Source: Octopus sinensis
Taxonomy: Eukaryota
Assembly: GCF_006345805.1 (NCBI RefSeq)
Contig: NC_043017.1
Span: 27,280,001 to 27,344,000 of the forward strand
Length of the DNA stretch: 64,000 nucleotides
Direction of reading: 5' to 3'
Each line of letters starts with the position of its first letter. Within the stretch, counting starts at the first letter, position 1. The notes beneath the pieces are model-generated. The model saw only the letters and a list, made by a program, of their open reading frames with translations. It searched no databases and was not told where the DNA came from. Position numbers and translations under genes: made by a program. Of this stretch, positions 37,998 to 49,320 are shown piece after piece.

Positions 37998-39282
37998 CGA
38001 GGGGCGTTCAATAAGTAATGCCTCTGACCCACTTGCAGTTGTTTGATCTAGCTGAAATTTTGCATGTGCAATTATTCATATCTCTATAGATTAAGTGGCG
38101 AATTACAGCTCTGAACTCATTGTGGTTATTGATTTACAGGTGTTTGAACTGAGTCAAGTGTGAAATGGAGCATGTTGAGTGTCGAGCAGTGATCCGGTTT
38201 TTGTATTTGAAAGGACGCACACCACGGGAAACTTTTGATGAAATGAAAGTAACTTATGGTGATGATGCCCTATCATATGACCTTGTAAAACGCTGGCATC
38301 GTGAATTCAAACATGGTCGGAACTCTGTGGAAACAGCTCCCAGATCTGGTCGCTCCCTTCTGCCATTGATGAGGCATCTGTCTGTCAAGTTGAGGCTGCC
38401 ATTTTGGAAGATCGACGCATAACTATTCGCCAAATAGCCCATGAGGTCAAGATTATTACTGGGTCTGTGGAAACTATCATTCATGACCATTTGCATATGC
38501 AAAAGGAGTCTGCCAGATGGATTCCCAGGTTGCTCACACCTTTCCAGAAGCAAGAACGCGTCGATTGCTCTAGGATGAATTTGGAGACGTGCCAAGAAGA
38601 TGAGTCAAAATTTTTCAAAAGACTGATTGCATAGGATAAAACCTGGGTCCATCACTATGATCCAGAGACCAAAGCCCAGTCAATGCAGTGGAAGCACCGT
38701 GACTCACCTCCTCCAAAGAAGGCAAGGGTGCAGCCCTCCGCTGGCAAGGTCATGCTTACAGTCTTCTGGGACCAGGACAGAGTAGTGAAGACAGATTTCC
38801 TGGCAAAGGGTGCCACAATTACAGGAGTCTATTATGCTTTACTTTTGAGGAAATTAAGAGAAGCTATCAAAATCAAGAGGCGGAGAAAGATCAGCAAAGG
38901 CATCCTCCTCCAGCAAGACAACGCTCCGATCCACAACTCGCGTGTCGCCAGATCAGAAGCAAAGGCGTGCGGCTATGAACTCATCCCCCACCCCCCTACT
39001 CTCCTGACCTTGCACCCTCTGATTTTGACCTCTTCCCAGCCATGAAGTTGTTTTTGAAAGGAAAGCGTTTCCCAGATGATGCAGCCTTGATTTCTGAAGT
39101 CATGTCGTGGTTGGAGGACCAAGCTGGGGTCTTCTACAAAAACGGTCTCCAGAGCTCCATCAAACGATGGGAGAAATGCGTAACTCTGGGTGGTTCCTAT
39201 GTAGAAAAAGACTAATAACAAGTTTCGTTGCTCTACTGCTATGGGAAGTGGGTCAGGGGCATTACTTATTGAACGCCCCTCG
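37998..39282 (+). mobile_element. Full-length mariner (irritans-like TIR), 1285 bp, TA TSD
   Basis: TIR cgaggggcgttcaataagtaatgcc(t/c)ctgacccactt at both ends; TA at 37996-37997 and 39283-39284. Confidence 0.96.
38165..39235 (+). pseudogene. Mariner D,D34D transposase pseudogene (frameshifts, one stop)
   Basis: HTH N-terminus, ARWIPRLL, A*DKTWVHHYDPETK, QDNAPIH...PHPP/YSPDLAPSD with 34 residues between the last two catalytic D. Confidence 0.95.
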
Positions 39283-39528
39283 TATATATGAAATGTTTGC
39301 CTTGATCTTTCTTTCAGTTGTGACAGATATTGCTATGGGAGAATCTTGAAAATCCCCATGTGATTCTAGGTGGAATAACCGATTGCAATAAATAAGATCT
39401 GAGTGAACATTCAGAGGGGTAGTTGACGCTGTTTGTTGAGCAATTTGGGGATAATTCTTGTTAGCTTTTGTTGAAGGTTCTCCCTTGCCGATGTGCTTAT
39501 GGTTGAGGGTGTTGAATTTTGTTGTATA

Positions 39529-39627
39529 CCTATTTCTTTACTACCTACAAGGACAGACAAACGGACAAAAGTCGATTATATCAACCCCAGTGCATAACTG
39601 GTACTTATTTAATCGACCCCGAAAGGA
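39529..39627 (-). mobile_element. Internally deleted SINE-A 3' fragment
   Basis: cctatttctttactacctacaaggacagac...atcgaccccgaaaggat. Confidence 0.8.
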
Positions 39628-39719
39628 TATTTTGTTGAATACCATTGCCGTTTTGCCTGCGGGCCTGTGTTTTGTTTGTTTTCTCCCCCCCCCCATTTGG
39701 GGGTGATGAGAGTCGGAAA

Positions 39720-40670
39720 AAGTGAATTGTGAACCGGTACGAGCCCACGCCAGGAGCTATGCTTCGGCTCCTGAAAACCATACCACCGCGACGGATTCGC
39801 TGTTGGTGCAGGAAGTCATAATTGAACCTGAGAACTTGGAAGAGAACAAGGAGGGGGTCAAGTATAAGGTTGACCCGTCCAAAGGAAGTAGTCAACAAAA
39901 CGAAAAGGAGGACATTGGTTTACAAAACGCTGTCCACAACCAGTAAGAAGATTGAGATAGTAACAAAGGAAGCTATAGAGAAATGTCTGGAAGAAGTAAA
40001 GAGTGTTGCAATATTCTACATTAGAAGATATGGCACAGAGGAGGTGAGGTTTGCCGCCGAAGAAAAGCTAATAAATTATTCCACTGTGGCGCTGAGATCA
40101 CAAGAATAGGTGCTCCTGCTTGACTACTGCGGCAACAGAGTCGCAAGAATTAGGATAGGAAGGATGCCAACAGAAATTTAAGAAACGTGGCTGGTAGCAG
40201 CCGTGTTGCACAAAATCCATGAGGACGCAAAGATATTTCAAATGGCAGGAACAAAGAAAATGAATTGTGGAGTTACGGCCTTGAAATGGTTATCCAGGTT
40301 CTCCAAGCAAGACTTGAACGAAATAGCAGAAGAGTTGTTGCTGCATGAAGACATAAAGCTGAGAGTGGTGGTAGAAAGGAAACCTCCAACATCCTACCAC
40401 TGCGGAGAAAAGGGCCGCATTAAAATAAAGTGTCCCCAGATAATGAAATCAGAGAAAACCAGCATGAACAAAGTCGGAGTACCGAAATGAAAAATCCGGC
40501 CCAGGTGGAGTATGTGGAGGACACAGAAGACGTGGGATTTATAGAAGTACCCAAAATAAAGGGAAAGGAAACAGTAAATAAGCCCCTGAAATCCCCCAAA
40601 AGAAAAAGAATAGTAAAACGGAAGACTACACTAAAACATACTAACACAGCATACATCACTACCAGTTAAC
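39720..40670 (+). pseudogene. Decayed gag-like LINE ORF1 (Tx1-like) with CCHC-knuckle remnant
   Basis: ...KRRTLVYKTLS...KEAIEKCLEEVKS...GTEEVRF...RIRIGRMP...VVVERKPPTSYHCGEKGRIKIKCP (knuckle CxxCxxxxHxxxxC degraded); paralog at 42835-43190. Confidence 0.7.
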
Positions 40671-40914
40671 AAAAAAATAAATAAATAAAAAGAAACCGCC
40701 CCATATATTCCGAGTTCACCTTGTAGACATAGAGACACAAACAGGAATAACACACAATCCCTCTAAAGGCCCCGTAAAAATAAAGCGTGTATTATGACGT
40801 ACACACAAAGCACGGCAGTTGAACGAAAAATCACTGAGTACAAATCAGTGATTAGAGTGAAATTGCCAACGAAGGATTATACACAAAACACTAAAGGGAT
40901 CCTAATAGACGAAG

Positions 40915-41512
40915 GCGGGAAACTGGCAGAATCGTTAGCACGCCGGGCGAAATGCTAAGCGGTATTTCGTCTGCCGCTACATTCTGAGTTCAACATCCGC
41001 CGAGGTCGACTTTACCTTTCATCCTTTCGGGGTCGATAAATTAAGTACCAGTTACGCACTGGGGTCGATGTAATCGACTTAATACCTATGTCTGTCCTTG
41101 TTTGTCCCCTCTGTGTTTAGCCCCTTGTGGGTAATAAAGAAATAGGTATTTCGTCTGCCGCTACATTCTGAGTTCAACATCAGCCGAGGTCGACTTTACC
41201 TTTCATCCTTTCGGGGACGATAAATTAAGTACCAGTTACGCACTGGAGTCGATGTAATCGACTTAATACCTATGTCTGTCCTTGTTTGTCCCCTCTGTGT
41301 TTAGCCCCTTGTGGGTAATAAAGAAATAGGTATTTCGTCTGCCGCTACATTCTGAGTTCAACATCAGCCGAGGTCGACTTTACCTTTCATCCTTTCGGGG
41401 TCGATAAATTAAGTACCAGTTACGCACTGGGGTCGATATAATCGATTTAATCCGTTTGTCTGTCCTTGTTTGTCCCCTCTGTGTTTAGCCCCTTGCGGGT
41501 AGTAAAGAAATA
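40915..41512 (+). mobile_element. SINE-A trimer, 184-bp period, single TSD
   Basis: ggtatttcgtctg at 40961, 41145 and 41329; TSD ctaatagacgaag at 40902-40914 and 41519-41531. Confidence 0.93.
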
Positions 41513-42585
41513 GGTATACTAATAGACGAAGAAAGATATGCTAAATTAAAGGAATTCTTCGGGTCAAACATAGACCCATCAGGAGTTGAGGTATTGTATG
41601 ATGCCCTACCTTCGTGTACGTCATAATACACGCTTTTTTTATGGGGCTTTTTAAGGGACTGTATATTATTCCTGTTTGTGTTTCTTTGCCTACAAGGTGA
41701 ATTCAGAATATCTGAGACGATTTGTTTTTATTTTGTTGGTGATGCATGCTGTATTTTGTGTAGCGTGTGTTTGCGGTACAATGAAATACGACGATTTGAA
41801 ACCGTATACAAGGAATGTAAATAATTTTTATATATTATGAAAAAAAAAAAAGAATGACGTAATCTCTAAACCTGCTACCACGAAGAAAAAAATAAAAGAA
41901 CCTTTATAAAGAACAGTTAAATGGTACTACTAGAGAGTGGGTTTCGAGTAGCCATCGCACCGGCCTTTTGAGAGACTTGTGTTTTATTCCTGTATCTTTG
42001 TCTACAAGGTGAACTCGGAATATCTGAGACGGTTTGTTTTTATTTACTGTTGGTGATGCATGCTGTGTTAGTGTGTTTTGTGTAGCGTGTGTTTGCGGTA
42101 CAATGAAATACGACGATTTGAAACCGTATACAAGCAATGCAAATAATTCTTAATATTATGAAAAAAAATTTAAATGACGTAAAGACGCTACACCTGCTAC
42201 CCCAAGGAAAAAGATTAAAAAAAATTGATAACGGACAGTTAAATGTTACTGCTCGAGTTTGGGTTTCGAATAGCCATCGCACCATAATTTATTTATAATT
42301 TATTTTCATTCATTATTTTATGCTTTATGTCCCCACTTGTTTCACTGTTCTTGTAATATCCCCTCTACGTTGGGCACTTAGTGGCTAATAAAGAATTAAG
42401 TCGAATAATTGCGGTTTCGCCTACGGAATTTTTTTATTGATTAATGTTCTTTTCCCCATTTGGATGTGAAGAATTTTGAAATGGAATGTTCGCCAGAACA
42501 CGTCGGTAGGTATGGGTTGGGGACGGTTAGTCGCGCGACAAACGCTACAAACATATTGGAAGTGCGATAGGTATCAGTGGACCTA

Positions 42586-42817
42586 AGGCGGCGAGCTGGC
42601 AGAAACGTTAGCACGCCGGGCGAAATGCTTAGCAGTATTTCGTCTGCCGTTACGTTCTGAGTTCAAATTCCGCCGAGGTCGACTTTGCCTTTCATCCTTT
42701 CGGGGTCGATTAAATAAGTACCAGTTACGCACTGGGTCAATGTAATCGACTTCATCTGTTTGCCTGTCCTTGTTTGTCCCCTCTGTGTTTAACCCCCTTG
42801 TGGGTAGTAAAGAAATA
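42586..42817 (+). mobile_element. SINE-A single copy with 18-bp TSD
   Basis: ataggtatcagtggacct at 42567-42584 and 42815-42832 (overlaps the tail ata). Confidence 0.93.
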
Positions 42818-42834
42818 GGTATCAGTGGACCTCA

Positions 42835-43190
42835 AGAAGATTTGAAGTCACAGAGAGCTGCTCGAGGAGGAGGGGGAAAACCTGCGTCTGACCCCTCAAG
42901 AAGAAGTGACCAATATGACCAGGAGAAGGACTGTGGTAAACAGAATGCTGTCCTAATCCAGCAAGAAAATTAAGATAGAGACGTAGGAGGCGATTGAGAA
43001 CTGCCTAGAACATGTCAAAAGTGTAACCACATATTACAACAGAGAAAGAAAGTTCGGCACAGTGGAAGTGAGGTTTACCACACGGAAGAAGAGGCATTCA
43101 ATCAATCCGCAGAAATGGATGCACCTGCTAATCTACTGCAGCAAAGTAGTCGCGATAATCAGGGTTGGCAGGGTATGAACGGAAGAAATG
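42835..43190 (+). pseudogene. Second decayed copy of the ORF1-like sequence
   Basis: RRRTVVNRMLS*SSKKIKIET*EAIENCLEHVKSV...FGTVEVRFTT is colinear with 39880-40180. Confidence 0.7.
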
Positions 43191-43818
43191 ACGAGAGGGG
43201 GAAAACGCTATAGAGCTGCTACTACTACTCCGCTAAAATTGGTTACAACAACAACAAAAAATAACGCCGAAGAGTCCACTATTACAACTTAACAAAACAA
43301 TATCTTTGCACCCGACACAAAAAAGAAGAAAGAAAGACATTTATCTAGCAAAGACATAATACAGTAGCTGGACTAGGAAATACAGTAAGTAAAAATTTTA
43401 TTGACGAAAATTTTATAAAAAAAAAAAAAAAAACACAAACAGTTAAATGTAACCACCTGCGAGTGGGATTCGAGTAGCCATTTCACCTTCACTTTATATA
43501 ATTTCACCTTTCATCCGTTTCATGTTTTTGCCTCCAAATATATTGTTTCTCTCTGTCTTTGTTAATCCTCATCTACAATATATGTAAATCCATCCGTTTT
43601 TCACACTGCCTATAAGAAGCGAGTTTGTACCCTAAATGTCTCTTGTCTGTCCTTGTAATATCCCCTCTATGTAAACCTTCTATAGGTTAATAAAGAAATA
43701 TCTCTCTTTCCTTGTGTCGTCCACTCTGTATTTCGGACCTTTGTGCCTAACAAAGAATTAGGTAGTTGACGGTGTTAGTTCGACTGTGTAAGTTCGACCT
43801 GTGTTAGTTTAACGGTCG

Positions 43819-44212
43819 GGCAGAAACGTTAGCACGCCGGGCGAAATGCTTAGCGGTATTTCGTCTGCCGCTACATTCTGAGTTCAAATTCCGCCGAGGC
43901 CGACATTGCCTTTCATCCTTTCGGGTCGATAAATTAAGTACCAGTTACGCACTGGGGTCGATATAATCGACTTAATCCCTTTGTCTGTCCTTGTATGTCC
44001 TCTCTGTGTTTAGCCCCTTGTGGGTAGTAAAGAAGTAGGTATTTCGTCTGCTGCTACGTTCTGAGTTCAAATTCCGCTGAGGCCGACTTTGCATTTCATC
44101 CTTTAAGGGGTAAATAAATTAAGTACCAGTTACGCACTGGGGTCGATATAATCGACTTAATCCTTTTGTCTGTCCTCTCTGTGTTTAGCATCTTGTGGGT
44201 AGTAAAGAAATA
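43819..44212 (+). mobile_element. SINE-A dimer
   Basis: Junction aaagaagtaggtatttcgtc at about 44030-44050. Confidence 0.9.
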
Positions 44213-44460
44213 GGTAGTTGAATAGTGGATACTGAATAGCGTACCTATGTTCGAGTAGTATGGAATGCGTTCTGTGTTAACATATATGTCTGCGAAAGGT
44301 TAATTTTAGATAACCACAACGAGATATTTATTGTGTAATAGTATTTTACTCCGGACGTGTATATCCACGTAATAACAGAAATGTAGGAGACTGTTATGTC
44401 AGTTAATTTATACAGTTTTCAACATTTACTTCATTTTTATCCGTTTTAACTTCTATCTCT

Positions 44461-44750
44461 CTATCCGCTCAGTCGGAGTCGACTCTCCGTCACTCGATGG
44501 ATCAATGTCTTCCAGTCAGTTCTATCCTGGGCCGCTTCTTTCAGACTGGCTATGTCCATTCCGGTATCACTCTTGATGATTTCAAGCCAGCGGGTTCTTG
44601 GTCGGCCTCTTCATCTCTTGCCACTGACCATTCTGAGCATGATGTCCTTCTCCAGGGATTTTCTCCGCATAATATGACCGAAATATGCCAATCTATGCTT
44701 GGTGATCCTAGCTTCTACCGACATTTTCGGCCTGATCTGCTTAACTTTAA
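44461..44750 (-). pseudogene. RTE-BovB-like LINE 3' end
   Basis: EARITKHRLAYFGHIMRRKSLEKDIMLRMVSGKR*RGRPRTRWLEIIKSDTGMDIASLKEAAQDRTDWKTLIHRVTESRLRLSG* parallels the BovB C-terminus (YFGHLMRR..SLEKTLMLG..EG.RRRGR.R.RW...SRTRLSD). The single stop is consistent with CGA>TGA. Confidence 0.9.
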
Positions 44751-45357
44751 TATATAACTCAATAATCCACTGGATATTGATGCTAACAGGATGTTGTCTA
44801 TTATAATAATTTGACCGCGCTGAGTCTATGACACATAATTTGGACGACGTGTTCAAATATCTAAAAGCAATGCGTGCATCGTCTGTCCATGAGGTTAGAA
44901 GTTGTTTACAATATTCTATTTATGAAATTATTAATGACGCCACATTGTTCCACGGTTTCTTTATTAGCCACAAGGGCCCAAATATAGAGGGGGTCAAACA
45001 AGGACAGACAGAACACCACAGAGGGGACAATATATAGAACGAATATGATATGATTATACAATAGTGCGGTTATGAATGCTTGCATACGCCCCTCATCGCA
45101 TGCATTACCATTAATCTTTTTAAACTGTCAGTTTTTATCATGTATTTACGTAACTATTAATTATCGTCTACCATTACAGTTATTTGAACCGTTATATGTT
45201 CTCTAAAATTGTTCTTCTATTTTCTGATATTATTAAACATAACATAAAACACTCCTTTTCCTTTCTTTTCCTCCTTTTTCCTCCTTTTTCTTTCCTGTCG
45301 ATTTTGACGCGACATTGTTACTCGGTAACTAAAATCACACCTTCCCTATATTCTATT

Positions 45358-45787
45358 GGATCTCTTCGGTTTGAACGGCAGTTTTTTCTAGCGGCGTCTT
45401 ATGAAATTGTCACCCATAATTATGACCCTAGTATCGATCAATTGCATTTCAATCTATTTTAAGTTTAGGGTTAGTTAGGGTTGGTAAGGGGTAGGGGGAA
45501 GGGTATATTTTTTCTTCACAAATGTAAATAAACCCAATCTTTTTCTTAAACGAGGGACTTATTCATACGGCACAGAATGCTGTTTACCTCAATAGACGTC
45601 AGTGATTGGTTGAAATTGCAGAAATTGACGAAAAATAACAACAAATATCTTACAAACTATAGAGTTTTCTCAATAAAGCCAAGAGAAAAAGATGTTTTAT
45701 AAACGCATTCTACCAGTATACGAAGTTTAACATTTTTTAGTTACCTAGAAATTATGTTCAAAACTGCCGTTCAAACCGAAAAGATCC
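45358..45787. mobile_element. MITE-like element, second copy
   Basis: TIR ggatctcttcggtttgaacggcagtttt / aaaactgccgttcaaaccgaaaagatcc. Confidence 0.87.
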
Positions 45788-47451
45788 ATGCTTTTAGCTG
45801 GTCATTCAATATTTTTTGACACTTTAGGCTATGTTCTCTCTGTCGTACTTGCTTTGAACACAACTGCGGAGCTGAAAGCCTATAGAAAATTATGTATAAT
45901 ATGTAAACTGCGCTATAATATTGAATCGTTACTATGTATACTGCAGACAATGACTTTTGGCGATGTTTTGGTTCTCTGTGTAAAATTAGGAGAATAATTC
46001 TTGGTGTGTGCGTGTGTGTGTACGACTATTGTGCCTTTACTTTTTATATGCGCAATAAATACTCTTGATGTTGTTGTTTTGTATTCCATACCCGACATCA
46101 TGCTTATTTTCCTTTTCGACTTAAATATAGCTTAGATATATCTTTTCTGTTTCCTTCCGTTCCAAGTTTTGTTCGATAGGAATCGAAATGTCCACGAAAA
46201 TGCATACGTTTTCCTTTCTTTTATTGTTAATAATATCTAGGTTGCTTGATCTCTATGTCGGTTGTGACCCTGTCATCGAAAACATGCCATTGTCATCTAA
46301 CGGATGTGGTGCGTGCTTCTACTATTTATTTTCAGATTGTATGTGACAGGGTTTCCATAATGTCCAATGCATATAGCTAACTGCTCGGTCATGTCTTTGG
46401 CTATATATCCTACCTTTATAAGAATTGCTGCGCCGGAAATCACGTGATCGAGTATTTCTTTTATTCTGATCGTAGATTCAGCAATTGTCCTTAGCATTTT
46501 ACTTTATTGTTTTCGATATTTTTCTATATCTGCATTTATCTTGTACACATAAAATCGCTTCTCCATTTATTTCCCTTTTGTCCAGAGTCGAATCTTTGTT
46601 AGTTTTCATATTGTCCACTTCCTGCGTGTCCAGTCTCACAGGATACTCTTTGACAATGGCGACGCTTTTCTCTCACTTTTTTTTTATTTTATTTATTTTC
46701 AATTTTTATCTTTACTTATTTTTTTCTTGATTTACCTTTTTCATTTATCTTGGCCTGATCTAATTTCTCTCTCTGTTATTTACTAAAGTGGTAAATAGCT
46801 TCTTGGTAGCTTGACTCTTTCTTTGGAAACATACGAATATGCAAACACACGCATATACACACATATATAAAAGTATAAATAAACGTATGTATGTATGCGT
46901 GTGAAAATGTGTGCTTGTGTCTTGAATTAAAACTTTCCTTTTCTCTTATCATAGTAACCAGTTTATTTATATTCGCTTTCTGTGTCTTATAGAAGCCAGT
47001 GCAGTTATATTGAAATAGTTTACTAATTGTATCAACATCACGATGTTGGAATTTTTACACTATCAGGTGTGTCCTGATATTTTTGGCTATTAAATTTCTT
47101 CGCTACCATTACCATCAAAATATTACTGCGGAAACATTTATTTTTCCCGACTTTGTTATTGTACCTTGTAACTATCGTAATTCGGGACCAGTCACTATTT
47201 ACTAATATCATTATAATTTCCATACGTCATAAAATTATTTTTCGTTTTTGGATTTGGTTTGTAAGACTACTTAAAAAGTTGCAAGACGAAACGAAAATAA
47301 AAAATATGAAATAAGTGGAAATTTTACCGGTGAGTGTGTTAAATAATAAGGCACTAAAAGAGAATGACTCTCTCCAGACACAACAGAATAAAATTATTTG
47401 TTTTTATATCAATAATTCTTTTTCTAAATGCAAAGTATGTTGTATACATTA

Positions 47452-48233
47452 CTAGCAGTATCGCCCGGCGTTGCTCGGGTTTGTAAGGGAAATAACTATA
47501 TAAGCATTTTTAGAGATGTAAAGTATAATAGCTATCTCAATATGGCTAACCACAAAGGGAGGATGTTACTGTAGCTTTTTACGTTCTGAGATTTAATAAA
47601 TTTTTAGAGAGTTACTTCCCTTATATATGCCAAAAATGCATTAAAAATGAGAAAAATTGATGGTAAATTTTTTTTTAAATCGTAGACTCATCGTAGACGC
47701 GTGCTAATACCCAGAAGGGGTCGATATGAATCACGACTATAAGATACCCGGTTTTGGTTAAACTGCACCGCAAAATATGGGAGTAGTTAAGAATCTAAAT
47801 CGTAGGAGACAGAAACACAACTTCACTTTTATATATAGCTAGCAGTATCGCCCGGCGTTGCTCGGGTTTGTAAGGGAAATAACTATATAAGCAATTTTAG
47901 AGAGTTATAGCAAAAAAATAGCAAAAAAATGCATTAAAAATGGAAAAAAAATTATGGTAATTTTTTTTTAATTGTTGACTCATCGTAGACATTTTTAGAG
48001 AGTTACTTCTCTTATATAATATCGAAAAAATGCATCAAAATGGAAAAAAATGATGGTAAATTTTTTTTTAATCGTAGACTAATCGTAGACGCGCGCTAAT
48101 ACCCAGAAGGGCTCGATATGAATCACGACTATAAGATACCCGGTTTTGGTTAAACTGCACCGCAAAATGTGGGAGTAGTTAGGAATCTAAATCGTAGGAG
48201 ACAGACACAGAACTTCACTTTTATATATAAAGA
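47452..48233 (-). mobile_element. Head-to-tail Helitron dimer (47452-47838 and 47839-48233)
   Basis: The CTAG end of one copy abuts the (T)C start of the next; the outer ends sit in A|T context. Confidence 0.88.
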
Positions 48234-48762
48234 TATTTATATTTTGCAAATAAAATCATCTTCATCGTATCATTTCTGGCACTGGATTAAATTTTAATTA
48301 CTATTGTGATTCCAAGAATATACATCATATTTTTATTATTTCGTTTCCTGTTTCTTTATACGTTTTATTTTAATGACTCCGCACTCAGTCGTATTAGGAA
48401 TTCGGGTTATAACTTCCAACGGATATCATATTTATGTCTACAACCTTCTTCTTGGCATTGAATTCGGTTCGTAATATTTGTCTTACTCATCTCATATACT
48501 TGTTTATAATGTTCTTCATTTCTGTTTATTTAGACATTGAAAAGTTTATATACTAAAACATTTAAACATTGAAATCAAAAGACATAAACAGAACCACCCA
48601 TACATGTACTACAGGGAAGATGAAACTGATAAGATACAATCTTATCTGATGTCAGAGTCTAAATATATGTAAATAATTTTTTTTTTGTTTTAGAAATTTC
48701 CTTAATTTGTTACTACTTAAGTTGGGCGAGTTAGCAAAAGTATTAACCCGTCAGAAAATATA

Positions 48763-49320
48763 TTAGGTTGTCCAGAAAGTTCTTGCCGATTTATAGTAGC
48801 TTACCTTTCGACTTATTTTAGAACATAGCTGAGTCCATAAAATAGGATTTGATTGCACCTCCATTTAGAACACAGTTTAAGCTATCTTTTCGTGGAAGAA
48901 GTTTTATGTTCCTATAACATGTGTTAATTTTGTAACCCTTTAAAATGGAAGATAAGAAAGTTCGTTTTCGGCACTTGATTCTTTGGGAATCAGGCAAAAA
49001 TTGCTGCCACTCGGCTGGGATGTGTTACCCCTACCCACCATATTCCCCAGATATTGCTCCTTCGGATTTCCACTTGTTTAGATCTCTGCAGAATAGTCTT
49101 AATGGTAAAAATTTCAATTCCTTGGATGACGTAAATAGATATCTTGATGAATTCTTTGCCATGAAACAACCTCAGTTCTGGCAAAGGGTATTTTCTAATT
49201 AAAGGAAAGATGGAGACGCATTGTACAACAAAATGGTTCATATTTGGTTAATTTAAAATGTAATGGCAAGTATATATTGATTTCCTTTAAAAATCGGCAC
49301 GAACTTTCCGGACAACCTGA
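48763..49320 (+). mobile_element. Internally deleted mariner (mellifera-like), 558 bp, TA TSD
   Basis: TIR t(t/c)aggttgtcc(a/g)gaaagttc(t/g)tgccgattt; TA at 48761-48762 and 49321-49322. N-terminus MEDKKVRFRHL is joined to LGWDVLP/YPPYSPDIAPSDFHLFRSLQNSLNGKNF. Confidence 0.92.

Noticed and set aside
45468-45495. ttagggttagttagggtt as an interstitial telomere
   Set aside because: Only two units, and internal to the MITE.
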